64,000 nt of DNA from Octopus vulgaris (Eukaryota). Every line of letters starts with the position of its first letter. Positions within the stretch are counted from its first letter, which is position 1. A program made the translations under genes and the position numbers. Shown one piece after another: positions 24,839 through 38,062 of the stretch. The stretch lies in contig OX597817.1 of the NCBI GenBank assembly GCA_951406725.2, positions 154,876,001-154,940,000 of the forward strand, in the 5' to 3' direction. A model generated the notes under the pieces. It did no database searches. It saw only the letters and a program-made list of their open reading frames with translations, and was not told the origin of the DNA.

Positions 24839-26449
24839 CAACAAAAAAAACAAAATGTAATAAAATATGGAACATAAACCTTTTTCCTTTTGATAAGTTT
24901 GAGATGGGGTTTGTTTGCATAGCTCTGCAAATAACATTAGTAGAGATTAAAATATTTCTCACATGAAAATTGATCGTCCTGAATTTGCTTGAGATTATTA
25001 TTATTATTACCTTCTTTTTTCCTTTTTTTTTTTTACTTTCAACATTTTTTTTTTTTTTGTTCAAAAAGAAATTTCTTTCTGGGTTTGATGGGTTATGCTA
25101 ATTTGTATGTTGTTGAATTCCTGGTTTATCACTAGTAACTAACATGATATATTCAGCTGTGTTGAGTTCAGGGTTTCTGTCTACTCTTGGAAATTCATAT
25201 TTAACCAATGGATTGAGACCGTTCTTTTGTTCACATCCACAATTTCCTCATAGAAGAACTGTCTTCTTCCATAATTCTATCTCCACACTTTTCACCTGGA
25301 CCAGTGGAATAAGACAATTCTGTCTACTTTTAGAAGTCCCTCATATACCAGTGTAGTTAGAGAGTTCTATGTATCTTCACAAGTCACAATCCAAGACCAG
25401 AGGAGTTCAACACTTCTGTCTGTCTTCAGAAATCCCTACAAAACAGTTCGATTAAATAAGATAGTTTTTCTACCTCATTCAAATGGGTTAAAATACAATC
25501 CGTTGTAATGGGATTTGAACTCAGAATGTAAAGCGGAAATACTGTAAGGCAATTCAGTAATCCACCTCTTCTAAACTCCATGGCAATTATTGACAAGAAT
25601 AATAATAATGATGATGATGATGATGATGACTTCTTTTGTTAGAAGAATAACCACTAAAGGGGACTTTAAAGGAACATCATAAAAATAATTGAGTTTATGC
25701 AGAAGTGGTAATGAAAAAAGGACATAGAAAACAGAAGTATACAAAATGTCCAAATTGAGACATCTCAGTTGGAGAAGAGCTACTTGGGACCAATTACAGA
25801 ACTTTACAGATCCAGTTTTACCCAGAAATCAAGGGCAAATGCTTTCTCCTTGCTGTGTTTTCAGGCCTACAAGTGATAAGAGTAGGCCCATTCACACGGG
25901 TCATTTTACCTTCTCTCACCCACCTTTTTCAGCAAATTTTCAAAAGTACAGAACCTCCCACTATGTCTTCCCCTTCCTCTTCAAATGAAACTTGAAGAAA
26001 TCGGTGAGGGTTTGGCTGAAGAGGAAGTTATCTAGCTTCAGTCCTTTTAATTTTATCCATCATACAGTCTCTTTCAGCATGGCCACCAGAAAGAGGAAAG
26101 GTGCCTGCCCTTCTTGGCCAAAGTCTGGAAAGAGAGAAAGCACTATAATTGACTTAGCTGATAGCCAAATCCATTTTACTCACAAAAGTAGCTGTTCAGT
26201 ATAACTCCACAATTTAGCATTGACCCTACATATAACATTCCCGTGTCATGGGAATGGCCATAGCCAATCTGAAAGAAGCGATTCAGGACAGAACTGGCTG
26301 GAGAACACTGATCCATCGAGTAACCGAGGGTCGACTGCGACTGAACGGATAGATAGGTAGATAGATACATACACACATACATATAACACATGCATGCAGG
26401 ACAGCAACATTGCTGCAGTACCAATTATTAAAGCTGTGGTTAAGCGAAC

Positions 26450-26802
26450 TATCCGATCATGGCCGTTGCCAGCGCCGCCCCGACTGGCCTCCGTGCCGGT
26501 GGCACGTAAAAGCACCATCCGTTCGTGTCCGTTGCCAGCCTCGCCTGGCCCCTGTGCCGGTGGCACGTAAAAGTACCATCCGTTCGTCGCCGTTTGCCAG
26601 CTCCGTCTGGCACCTGTGCGGGTGGCACGTAAAAAGCACCCACTACACTCACGGAGTGGTTGGCGTTAGGAAGGGCATCCAACCGTAGAAACACTGCCAG
26701 ATCAGACTGGGCCTGATGAAGCCTTCCGGCTTCACAGACCCCAGTTAAACTGTCCAACCCATGCCAGCATGGAAAACGGACGCTAAATGATGATGATGAT
26801 GA
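26450..26802 (+). mobile_element. SINE-like family D with internal tandem units
   Basis: As 22600-22912. Confidence 0.9.
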
Positions 26803-27619
26803 GAGCTAAGATGATCTTGACAGTGCTTGGCTCTCCAGCTTGATGTATTTCTTCATTTACTAAACACCCTCCCTCTATCTCTCTCTTTCGGAGAGGCACT
26901 GAGTACCTACACGCACATATACACACACGGCAGTAACTTCCGCCTACCGAATTCAATCACAAAGCTTCGGTCGACTCGGGGCTATAGTGGGAAAATAGTG
27001 GGCAAGTAAAAATTTAACAAAAATGATGGGAAAATGAATTTACTTGCTAGAAACAAAGTTTGCACTTTCCATCATAAAACATTTTATCAGGAAATCATTA
27101 TTACCCTTATTATCTTACTATTAGTATTATTTTTCATGGGTTGATAAATACTTCAAGGCTTTCTTTTTATTTTTTATTATTATTATTGTTATGCTTATCT
27201 TTAATTTCTCATGAATGTGAGGTCGTGACATAAACACTTAAAAATAATTTATCAGTCTCAGGGCTATATTTTTGCTGATGTGTTCAGAAATTAAATCTCT
27301 AATTGAATGTAGGTTGATGTCTGTTGATAAATCCCCGACATTCTAACAAGCTGTTAAGTGTTTAGCTATAGACTCCTATTAGTCGAATCGGTGGTTTACT
27401 TCACATTAACAATGTCTAAGTCTTTGAATTTTGATTCAGTTACATTCCCCAGCAATAATGTCTGTTAATTCTCACTCAGTTCCTTGTGTTGCGTCATTAT
27501 GATAATGTATATCTTATTTGACAATAAAGCAATCTTTATTAGTATGTACTATTACTGAAAACTACCTCATTGGGCTTCCTTGTGCCACATTCCCTTTCAC
27601 AAGCCTCTCTTTAAAGTAT

Positions 27620-28920
27620 ATCTAATATATGATATTTATATAAAATAGATATCTAGTTTATAACGTGGAGTATAATTAATATATCTAGTGTATAATATAG
27701 AGCATGTATAATAGATATCTAATATATAATCATTTCTATTACAGGCATAAGGCTGAGATTTTAGGGACCAGTGGTTATATTGACCCCAGTCCTCAGGTAG
27801 TATTTATTTCATTGACCCCAAAAGATGAAAGGGCAAAGTTGATCTTGGTAGAATTTGAATTTGGTATCTAATATATATAATATTAGAGCATCTATATAAT
27901 ATTGACATCTAGTATATAGTATAGAGTATATCTCCTAGTTATCTAGTATACAATACAGAGCATATGTAATATATATTTAAGATGTAACAGAACATATATA
28001 ATATATATCTAATACATAATGGAGAGTATATATAATTCTTTCTACTATAGGCACAAGGCCTGACATTTGGAGGAGAGGACTAGTTGATTACATTGACCCC
28101 AGTGTTTCACTGGTACATAATTTATTGGCTCCAAAAGGATGAAAGACAAAGTCAACCTCGGCAGAATTTGAACTCAGAATGTAGCAACTGGTGAAATACT
28201 GCTAATCATTTTGCCCAGTGTGCAAATGATTCTTCCAGCTCACCCTCTTAAGAGTATATATAATAGATATCTGATATATTATATATCTGATATATATATG
28301 ATAGGCATCTGGTACATAGGTTGACTTTGTGCCGAGGTTGACTTTGCCTTTCATCCTTTCCAGGTCGATAAATTAAGTACCAGTCACGCACTGGGGTCGA
28401 TTTAATCGACTTAATACCTATGTCTGTCCTTGTTTGTCCCCTCTATGTTTAGCTCCTTGTGGGTAATAAAGAAATAGGTACATAATACAAAGTATATGCA
28501 ATAGATAGCTAGTTTATATAATGTGGAGTATATCTAATGCATATCTAGTATATAATGTTGAATATAGTTAAGAGGTGTGTATTAAATAAATATGCAATAG
28601 ATATCCAATGTATAATGTAGAATATATGTAATAGGTATCTTGTATATAATACAAAGTATATACAATTGATATGAAGAGATATCTAGTATACATTGGGGAG
28701 TATATACAGCGATAGAAAAATCTGTATAAATATTTAACATGTATAATTACCTTTATACATATAAATGCCTCTTTCAATGTTTTATCAAATCGCGATAACA
28801 CTGAATTAAAATATTTCTATAGATATTTCCTCTCCTGAAGAATGTATACATTTTTTCAGCGGGCTCTATCGATGGATGGATGCATGCATGCAAAATAGAT
28901 ATCTAGTATTTAATTTTGAG
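27620..28920. repeat. Degenerate AT-rich minisatellite (TAGATATCTAGTATATAATG..GAGTAT units) interrupted by three SINE B copies (about 27735-27860 minus, 28037-28250 minus, 28320-28480 plus)
   Basis: Recurrent ATATCTAG/ATATCTAA motif roughly every 33 bp. Confidence 0.7.
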
Positions 28921-28959
28921 TGCATATAATAGATTTATATATGTATATATATAAATTTA

Positions 28960-29007
<48 letters not shown>

Positions 29008-29844
29008 AAACCCCAGATCACCTTTAAGGCTGATCTTTAGCTTGTATATAGCTAATTAATATAGGTGTACTCACTATTTATAAGTAATTCACTTGTTAAT
29101 TAGCTTTGTATCAGCTCTGATCTAGCAGACCTATGGTTAAAGACATTTCTAGCTTCATCACTTTATATATCCAAGAATACTTTATCTTATGTATCCTTAT
29201 TTTTTTTTAAATCACAGGGTAAGAATTCGAGCTGATTTGGTTGCTATTTCTGGCAGTTTGAGTGACCATATAGTGGTTCCTTTGTTGGCTCTAAGGTGTA
29301 CAGCATGGTTGTTGGATCATTTCAATTTAACTTCATTAAATAGATATACTAACTATTGCAATCACATCCGTATTGAGATGAAGTGTGCAATTAAATTGAG
29401 GATTTGAAATTTTAAAGACAAGAAGTTGAATACGAGAGGTTAAATTAGTACATCCAGTAGTCGTGGTGACTGTTGAAGATCACTTGACATCTCAATGTAG
29501 TGTAAGTATTTTTATATGGGTTGGGCGTGTATTGGTTTTGATGCGTTTGTAACAGTTCTCAGTCTCCTTTATTGTTTTAGCGTCCACTTTTCCATGCTTG
29601 GGTCACAGAATTTGTTGAGATGGATTTTCTATGGCTGGATGCTCTTCCTATTGCCAACCCTCACCTGCTTCTAAGTAAGGTGATATTTTCCTCATGATTA
29701 GACATGATAGTGACACTTGTTTACAACTATTAAGCAATGTCATGGCAAGGAGACCGTAACACCCACACACATGTACTTGTGTTTGTATAAATATTATGTA
29801 CTGACAGTTGGGATTTAGCTAAACTATCCATCAATGGAGTAGTC

Positions 29845-29884
29845 ACCACTGATGAGCTTTAATTCAAAGCGAAACTTGACTAGT
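29845..29884 (+). ncRNA. Degenerate hammerhead ribozyme motif
   Basis: CTGATGA-GCTTT-AATTC-AAAGC-GAAAC core with perfect stem II; stems I and III and the cleavage triplet are imperfect. Confidence 0.4.
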
Positions 29885-30152
29885 ATAGCAATCTCACTAG
29901 CTGTGGTGTGGTTATCTCCCCTGTCAATGCACAGACATGTGCTTCTTTGCTTCTAGCTATTATTTCTAACAAAGTAGGTGCTGCCCTGCACCATCTGTCA
30001 CAATTAGTGACAATTGAATTTTTCCTTTTTGGTTCGATATTGCTTATAGCTGCCTACACTATTTTGTGTGTGTGTGTGTGTACATATTTATACGACAGAT
30101 TCCTTTCAGTTTCTGTTTACCAAATCCAGTCACTGCAGTTCTAAGTAATTGC

Positions 30153-30523
30153 GTGGAGGCGCAATGGCCCAGTGGTTAGGGCAGCGGACTCGCGGTTTCG
30201 ATTCCCAGACCGGACGTTGTGAGTGTTTATTGAGCGAAAACACCTAAAAAGCTCCACGAGGCTCCGGCAGGGGATGGTGCTGATCCCTGCTGTACTCTTT
30301 CACCACAACTTTCTCTCACTCTTACTTCCTGTTTCTGTTGTACCTGTATTTCAAGGGGCCGGCCTTGTCACTCTCTGTGTCACGCTGAATATCCCCGAGA
30401 ACTACGTTAAGGGTACACGTGTCTGTGGAGTGCTCAGCCACTTACACGTTAATTTCACGAGCAGGCTGTTCCGTTGATTCGGATCAACTGGAACCCTCAT
30501 CGTCGTAACCGACGGAGTGCTTC
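30153..30523 (+). mobile_element. SINE family C, full length, 12-bp TSD
   Basis: CTAAGTAATTGC at 30141-30152 and 30524-30535. Confidence 0.93.
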
Positions 30524-30689
30524 CTAAGTAATTGCACATGCATTCTCTCTCTCTCTCTCTCCTTGGTTAACCCAGGCTACAGTAAAAGACACTTGCCCAA
30601 GATGCCACGCAGTGGGACTGAACCTGGAACTCTATGGTTTGGAAGTAAACTTCTTACTGCAACTGATCTATTGACCTCATGATAATTTT

Positions 30690-30965
30690 TTTGAGTCAGG
30701 TAATAAATAAATTGACCAACAAACTTAGTATATCTATAATGTCAGGCAATATGTGAACCAGTGTCCTTGCAGTAGTCACTAGTGTCATGTAATGAATTGT
30801 CCAGTGTCCCTGTGACAGCGACTGGCATTAGGTAATAAACTGACCAGTAATTATGTGATAGTTGCATTGTCAGGTAATAAATTCACTGCTGTCCTGAGAC
30901 AGGTGTAGTAGTGTCCAGTAATAAATATATTGAACAGTATGTCCTGAGGTAGCTGCAGTTCTAAG
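30690..30965. repeat. Degenerate minisatellite (GTCAGGTAATAAATTGACCAGTGTCC-like units)
   Basis: Motif recurs about six times with divergence. Confidence 0.6.
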
Positions 30966-31014
30966 TAATTACACACACACACACACACACGCTCTCACTC
31001 TCTCTCTTTCTCTT

Positions 31015-31048
<34 letters not shown>

Positions 31049-31104
31049 TGTGACTAGTATAGTTTAGAAAATAAATTACTCAGAAATACCATTCACATGA
31101 AAAA

Positions 31105-31378
31105 CATCATCATCATCATCGTTTAACGTCCGCTTTTCATGCTAGCATGGGTTGGACGGTTCAGCTGGGGTCTGGGAAGCCAGAAGGCTGCATCAGGCCA
31201 GTCAGATCTGGCAGTGTTTCTACAGCTGGATGCCCTTCCTAACGCCAACCACTCCGAGAGTGTAGTGGGTGATTTTATGTGTCACCGACACAGGTGCCAG
31301 ACGAGGCTGGCGAACGGCCACGCTCGGATGGTGTTTTTTTTATGTGCCACCGACACAGGGGCCAGACGAGGCTGGCGA
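31105..31378 (-). mobile_element. SINE-like family D
   Basis: (CAT)n then reverse complement of the family D core. Confidence 0.88.
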
Positions 31379-31803
31379 AAAACAGTATGTAAAAATATTT
31401 AATGCAGTGAACATCAAAGACCTGATCAGAAATAGCTGTATTGTGAGAAGACAGTGTAATTCAGTAATATTTTAAGCCTGGGAAGTACATGAGGCAACTT
31501 TGGATGTGGAACAAGGTCACAAGTTTGCAAAAACAGTTTGAGTCAATTAAACTCAGTATATGACTGGTATTGCCACTGAAAGAATGAAATGCAATTATAA
31601 TAATTTGTTTCTAGCTTAGGCACAGAGCCATACATTTGTGAGCAGAAAACTAATTCATATTGATGTTCAATTTTTTTCCTAAATACTTCTTATTTTATTA
31701 ACCCCAAAATGATGAAAGGTTAAGTTGACTCCAGAGGGATTTGAACTTGGAATGTAAGCTAAACACTACAAGACTGATTTTTTTTATTTTTGTCCAAGCT
31801 TAA

Positions 31804-32026
31804 CCTTTTTGTTACCATTTCCGTTGAAATACGCTGTATTTGTTTCAATTAATCTTTGAAATAATAAAGAATTTAGTAAAATAATAGTACCATTATTAAG
31901 CTGGTGTTTGAAGCAGAAATTAGCCTGAAGTTTTGATGGAGGGTTTTAATTAAGATCATTATGAAACAGGAAGTTTGCATCAACATAGAACAAGGAGCAG
32001 TTTCAGACTGGCTGATATAAAATGCT
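31804..32026 (+). mobile_element. piggyBac-type MITE family F
   Basis: TTAA flanks, CCTTTT terminus; homologous in reverse to 61575-62239. Confidence 0.7.
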
Positions 32027-32056
32027 TTAACAATGCAGAAGCCAGCAAAGCCTTAA

Positions 32057-32277
32057 CCCTTTAGTTTTTAAACCGGCCACATCCGGCCCAATATATTCTA
32101 CATGTTTTATATTTGAACTAGCCATATCTAGCCTCTCACACCTAACCTACATTGACATTCTAAAAATAAATAATCACATTATTGAAACCTCAAAGCTGTG
32201 AGATAATGCATGATTAATTCAAAACAATTTGAGTGAAAAAGCATTACATTTAACAGAGTAATCTGAAAGCTAAAGGG
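32057..32277 (-). mobile_element. piggyBac-type MITE family E
   Basis: TTAA|CCCTTTAG...CTAAAGGG|TTAA. Confidence 0.9.
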
Positions 32278-32548
32278 TTAAGGAAATAGCCACATAAAAT
32301 TGACAATCTATCAGTTTCAGGCATGCTTACAAGTTTTAGGTATGACTAGCTGTTCTGAGGTTTTATTGAAAACAGTAAACAGGTTTTGATATTTTATTGG
32401 AGCCAGTGATATTGTGGCTGGTGTGAAGGAACCTAGGGAGCTTCTTCTTTTGTTCCAGACAAAAGAGTTCATTCTGTTTCGATACAAAAGATATACTGTA
32501 GAAAGTATGTGTAAGAGGTCTTGTTATGAGAAGGGAGACAGGTGATAT

Positions 32549-32584
<36 letters not shown>

Positions 32585-32854
32585 TAATGAACTACTGGAG
32601 TGGAATAAATGTGTTATGTGAGTCGAGTGTAGATCTTTAGTGATTGCAATGAGGTGGAGGTGATTACATTTGTGTGTGTGTGTGTATGACTGCATCATTC
32701 CCACCACCACTATATACATAAACTGTCACATAAATCACAATCCCCTCTACTAAACTATATTTCTACTACAACCTCTGCTACATCCCATCCTCCCATACCT
32801 CATCCAGTCACCATCAAATACTCCCTTTCACTTAACCAATTAAAGAATCTGTAT

Positions 32855-33035
32855 ATGGTGGTTTGATCTGCTAGAATTAGTAACCAAATCTTTCTCAAAT
32901 CACATCTTTCCATCTAAAATAAAGTATACATTGGGCAATGCAATTGATCTTTGATAGGTAAAGTAGGGTGACCATGGCTGGAATGCTTTTGACCACAAGT
33001 TTTACTTGATCAAAGCTGACCTATGGCCAAACAAC
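32855..33035 (+). mobile_element. Old SINE-like family H; other fragments near 21080, 29000-29290, 39590, 39930-40190, 45125, 47140, 51650, 53020-53360
   Basis: CTGCTAGAA..AG.AACCAAATC...GG.CATGGCTGGAATGC.TTTGA.CA...GCTGACCT..GG..AAACAACA recurs on both strands. Confidence 0.65.
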
Positions 33036-33249
33036 AGTTCTTTTTCCCTACATAATCTTCAGTTCTGCCATACTAGTCACTATACAACACATGGTCTTTC
33101 TAGAGGATCTCTTCTAACCTCACTTAGCCTTTATTCTTAAACCAAGGTGACTCTGTAAGTATCACTCTCACAGATAAATCTGGTTCATTTCCTGTGTTTC
33201 CCTTCCACCTTTACACCACTCTCACACAACAAATCTATTCTCAAACGTT

Positions 33250-33960
33250 GTGGAAAGACAATTGGAGACCTTTTCAAATTCTCTCCCCCATCATGTACAC
33301 ACTATAAGAAAAATTCTTGGGTCACTCCAACACAACAAGGTGACTGACAGATTTTCATGGTGCCCCCACGTTTATATTCAAGCAGAGCTTATTAATAATC
33401 TCTTCAATCATTCTCTGCACAATGACAACGTTTATTCCATCTCCTAAATAAAGAATATCTCTGTCTCAGCCATTTATTGAGTGTCTTCCTTTTTTCTCAA
33501 TGACCAACACTGCAATTTCTGTTGAGTCAAATCTACTGAAGACTTATTATCCTTATTTCGTGCATCAGTTATCTCTCAGTCTTTGACAACTTCAGCAAAA
33601 ACAGTGTTGTTGCACTTGCATCAGCAAATTTGTTCAACTACATTTGGCGTAGTTCCAGTTAAGTTGTTCAACTATCTCTCATCTCTTGGATCTGAAATTC
33701 CTTGGCAGACCTCCCCCACTCTGTCTCTGTTTGCTTGTCTCTCTCTCTTTCTCTCTCACTCACTCTCTCTCCCTCTCACTCACTCTCTCCCCCTTTCTCT
33801 CTCTCTCTCACCCCCCCTCTCAACCATATACTATCATTTGTGGTTTACTGCAAGATTCATCTGTATCTCCCTCATTCTTCTTTCTGTACATTAAAGACCC
33901 ACTTGCTATCACTTCTAACAGCACACGTCATCTACACGTTATCTTCATGCATTTTAGACA
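33250..33960 (+). pseudogene. Highly decayed CR1/L2-type reverse transcriptase fragment
   Basis: ORF 33686-33970 contains GLLQDSSVSPSFFFLYIKDPL, resembling GVPQGSVLSPxLFxxYINDL. Confidence 0.55.
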
Positions 33961-34242
33961 CCTTATGTGAGACCTGCACTGTTGTCCTAAAAACATCCTT
34001 CATTCAGGACATATCGACTTAATCTCTTTAAGTAACACCCTGATACATTTACTGCACATTTTAAAGAAACTGTGTTGTACCTCCTCCTCCATTTACGAAC
34101 AACATATAAATAAAGCCCTAAAAATCACTACAAATGCTATACCTTGCAATCCCTGATGATCTGTGATCTGTGCCAATACCAACACATTATACGTAACCTT
34201 GTTAAATCTGCTTCACAAAGAAAAGGACTCTTTTTTTTTTAG

Positions 34243-34327
34243 GGCTAGAAAATACTTCAGCTCTGACCAATTGTTCACCTAAAGCCAAAATAGGTTACTG
34301 ATCAGCACACGTACTGTTTATCTAAAG
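34243..34327 (+). other. Candidate non-coding exon
   Basis: CTC(T)nAG acceptor and AAG|GTGAGT donor; stops in all three frames. Confidence 0.35.
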
Positions 34328-34510
34328 GTGAGTGTGCTACTATATTTTTTATACACAAACATCTTAGACCACTCAAAAAGTAAGCCATTAAATTTATTGG
34401 CAAAGGTTCTTTCGCCAACATGTCAAAGTCACTAACTCATAGGTTGTACATTTGCATAGCCTTGCTTTTTCTCTTCCATCTCCATCACTGCAAATATCTC
34501 TGCTCTAGCT

Positions 34511-34955
34511 CAATGCTCCGCAACTGGTATGCCATGGCACACTAGTGTGTCACAAGATGATGCTAGATGTGCCGCAGTGTAACCTGAATATAATTTTTTT
34601 CCCTATACTTTTAATTATATTTTTAGTTCGGGTGCGCTGCCAAATTTTGAAAAGAATATAAGTGTACAGGTGCGTGGCTTAGTGGTTAGGGTGTCAGCAC
34701 CATGATCATAAGATTGTGGTTTCAATTCCTGGACCGGGCGATGCATTGTGTTCTTGAGCAAAACAATTCATTTCACGTTGCTCCAGTCCACTCAGCTGGC
34801 AAAAGTGAGTAACGCTGCAATGGACTAATGTCCCGTCCAGCTGGGGAACACATACGCCATAGAAACCGGGAAACCAGACCCATGAGCCTGGCTAGGCTTT
34901 AAAAGGGTGCATTTATTTTTTATTTTTACAAGTGAAAAAAGGTTGCGGAGACTTG
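34511..34955. mobile_element. hAT (Charlie-like) MITE carrying a SINE insertion
   Basis: TIRs CAATGCTCCGCAAC and GTTGCGGAGACTTG; 8-bp TSD CTCTAGCT/ATCTAGCT. Confidence 0.78.
34668..34915 (+). mobile_element. tRNA-derived SINE family G
   Basis: A-box TGGCTTAGTGG, B-box GTTTCAATTCC, GTCCACTCAGCTG...CTGCAATGGACT..TGTCCCGTCCAG central domain. Confidence 0.8.
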
Positions 34956-34971
34956 ATCTAGCTGGATGTAT

Positions 34972-35141
34972 ACCTATTTCTTTATTACCCACAAGGGGTT
35001 AAACACAGAGGGGACAAACAAGGACAGACATAGGTATTAAGTCGATTACATCGACCCCAGTGCGTAACTGGTACTTAATTTATCGACCCCGAAAGGATGA
35101 AAGACAAAGTCGACCTTGGCGGAATTTGAACTCACAACGTA
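34972..35141 (-). mobile_element. SINE family B
   Basis: Reverse complement of the family B body and tail. Confidence 0.88.
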
Positions 35142-35803
35142 GTATACCCAAGCCCTCTAGATTCCTGCCTGGCTCCCTTCTTTATATCAGCCCTGCTGTG
35201 TCCTGCCCTTTTCTAGATTCACTGTTTATATTCTGCCTAATTATTTATTGCTAGAACTGCATTTGTCTAAATCATCAAGAGATTCAAAGCTCACACCATG
35301 GAAGGAGGTGCCAAAGGACATGGGGGACTGCCTCTTCTCTATTTAAACAATTTCTTGCTTTCATAACATGATATCCCTACACACCCTCCAGTTCCACCCT
35401 GTCAGTCAGTGTACAACCTATGCTTCCATATCCATCACTGTCTCCACATTGATCCTACCATCACTGGGAACATTTACATTGCTATCAAATAAACCACTGC
35501 CATCGTTATCATCACTCTCAGTTGCGGCTCATCATTCAACAAGGCTTCATCTCTGCCACTTATGGTCTGACCACATTCTCAACCACCACCACCACCACCA
35601 CCATACATCAACACCCGTCCCTCAATTATAGCCCCCCCTACCTGCACCACTACTTTTCACCACCACCACCACCACCATCAACAACAATAATAATATGGCC
35701 TGATATAATAATGTAAATTGAATTGCTGAGAGTTGTCATCTGAGAAACCTCCAGCTAATCACTCTTTCATCACATGACCACTCTTTCCTCTTCCTCTTTT
35801 TTT

Positions 35804-35804
35804 A

Positions 35805-35901
<97 letters not shown>

Positions 35902-35962
35902 ATCTATCTATCTATCTATATATCTATCTATCTATATATCTATATATCTATATATCTATATA

Positions 35963-35997
<35 letters not shown>

Positions 35998-36159
35998 ATA
36001 TATATATATCTATCTATCTATATATATATCTATATATCTATATATATATATATCTATATATATATATATATATATATATATTATCTATATATATATATCT
36101 ATATATATATATCTATATATCTATATCTATATATATATCTATCTATATATATATATCTA

Positions 36160-36209
<50 letters not shown>

Positions 36210-36220
36210 ATATATATATA

Positions 36221-36305
<85 letters not shown>

Positions 36306-36328
36306 ATCCATCTATCTATCTATCTATC
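35804..36328. repeat. Long (TATC)n/(TA)n microsatellite
   Basis: Direct reading. Confidence 0.97.
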
Positions 36329-36484
36329 AGTGTGTGTTTGTATCACACTAATTCAGTAAGTCTTCCAATCTATCAAGTAAGGTCTGGTTCTGACATACTT
36401 AATGCAGTGAGCTAAGAAATTTTAATTAATTAAAATCACATCAGGAGGGAGAAGAAAGAATCATTAGCTAAATACCAATCAGTC

Positions 36485-36515
<31 letters not shown>

Positions 36516-37298
36516 TTGTGTGTGTGTGTACAAATGTGCATACATATATTTGCATGCAAGCACACATATATTGACTTTGAGCTATTCTCTTTTACACACA
36601 CACACACATATTGATATAAAGCTAATGATTGTTTTTTTTGTGTTACTTTTACTTCATTCCCTATTTTTTTTTATCATATTCCTTCATTCTCCAACATTAT
36701 TTTTTCACTCCCTGTTTCTCCCCTCTGACCCTTTTTCTCACTCTTCTGCTCATTCTACTCTCTCTGTACCCTGAAATTTCTACGCACGCACCCGCACCGC
36801 ACCCAACGTGGTTCATTTACCAATACCCCTTTCTCTTTTCCTCTTGTACAAGAACCACCCCCCAGTTCTCAATATATACCAGTGACCTCCCAAAAGAGGG
36901 TCAACAAGCTCCATATTAGGACATTCCCTATAATATAGATATCTTGACATAGTTAAAAAGGTTGGGAGGGTGGTAGTTAGGTGCAGGGTGGAAGGAGGGT
37001 GGAACTTGCTTTGTTGTTGTTATGGTGGTGGCAACAGCAGTGGCAGTGTGTGTGTGTGTATGCTGGCAGCAGCAGGGGTGGTGATGCGATCACTGTGATT
37101 ATTACATGTTGGTCTGATGGTAGTGATTGAATGGTAGTACTGGTAGTGGTGAGGGCTACTGTGGTAAAGATGGTGTTGATGTGGTGGTGGAGGGATAGTG
37201 TTGTGGTTGTGGTGAAGCTAAGTTACTTTATGTGGGGTGGGGCAATATAATGAGAATGCCTCACCTACCCAATTATTTTATAAGGGTTGTTGTTGTTT

Positions 37299-37441
37299 GG
37301 AGTGGCTGTGTGGTAAGTAGCTTGCTAACCAACTACATGGTTCCGGGTTCAGTCCCACTGCGTGGCATCTTGGGCAAGTGTCTTCTGCTATAGCCTCAGG
37401 CCGACCAAAGCCTTGTGAGTGGATTTGGTAGATGGAAACTG
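37299..37441 (+). mobile_element. SINE family A, 5' half
   Basis: Family A head truncated after GGAAACTGA. Confidence 0.88.
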
Positions 37442-37724
37442 ATTCACAGATTCACACACTTCGGTTTTTCTATGCCCTGTGAAAGAACCTGGAAGGAAGG
37501 GCCTCCAACCAGGCCTTTCACGATACCATTAAAGCCTGGAACTTTTCAGCACTTCCTCATATGTGTGTATTTTAATACCTGTCTGACTCAGCTCCATGTG
37601 GGTTAAAGTTTTGTGGGTGTGTCAGAGGGATGCACCTCTGTCTCTATCAATATCATATGAGATGGATTTCTCTTATGAGCCCACACAACTTTAACAACCG
37701 ATACAGGGCTGAGTCAAACCATTA

Positions 37725-37932
37725 ATCTTTTCTACTCTAGGCACAAGGCCTGAAATTTTTTGGAGAGGGAGGGTGCATTCGATTAGATCGACCCCAGCAT
37801 GTAAGTGGTACTTAATTTATCAATCCCGAAAGGATGAATGGCAAGTCGACCTCGGTGGAATTTGAACTCAGAACTAAAAATAGACACAAGCATTTCACTT
37901 GAAGTGCTAACATTTCTGCCAGCTTGCTGCCT
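37725..37932 (-). mobile_element. SINE family B, variant tail
   Basis: Family B head and core with ATTTCAGGCCTTGTGCCTAGAGTAGAAAAG tail. Confidence 0.82.
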
Positions 37933-38015
37933 TTTGTCAAACTATTATTAAAAGAGATATGCAATTCCTACCAAATGTGTTGAGTGCCACATTCTTTCAT
38001 TTTTCCACACCTTCT

Positions 38016-38061
<46 letters not shown>

Positions 38062-38062
<1 letters not shown>

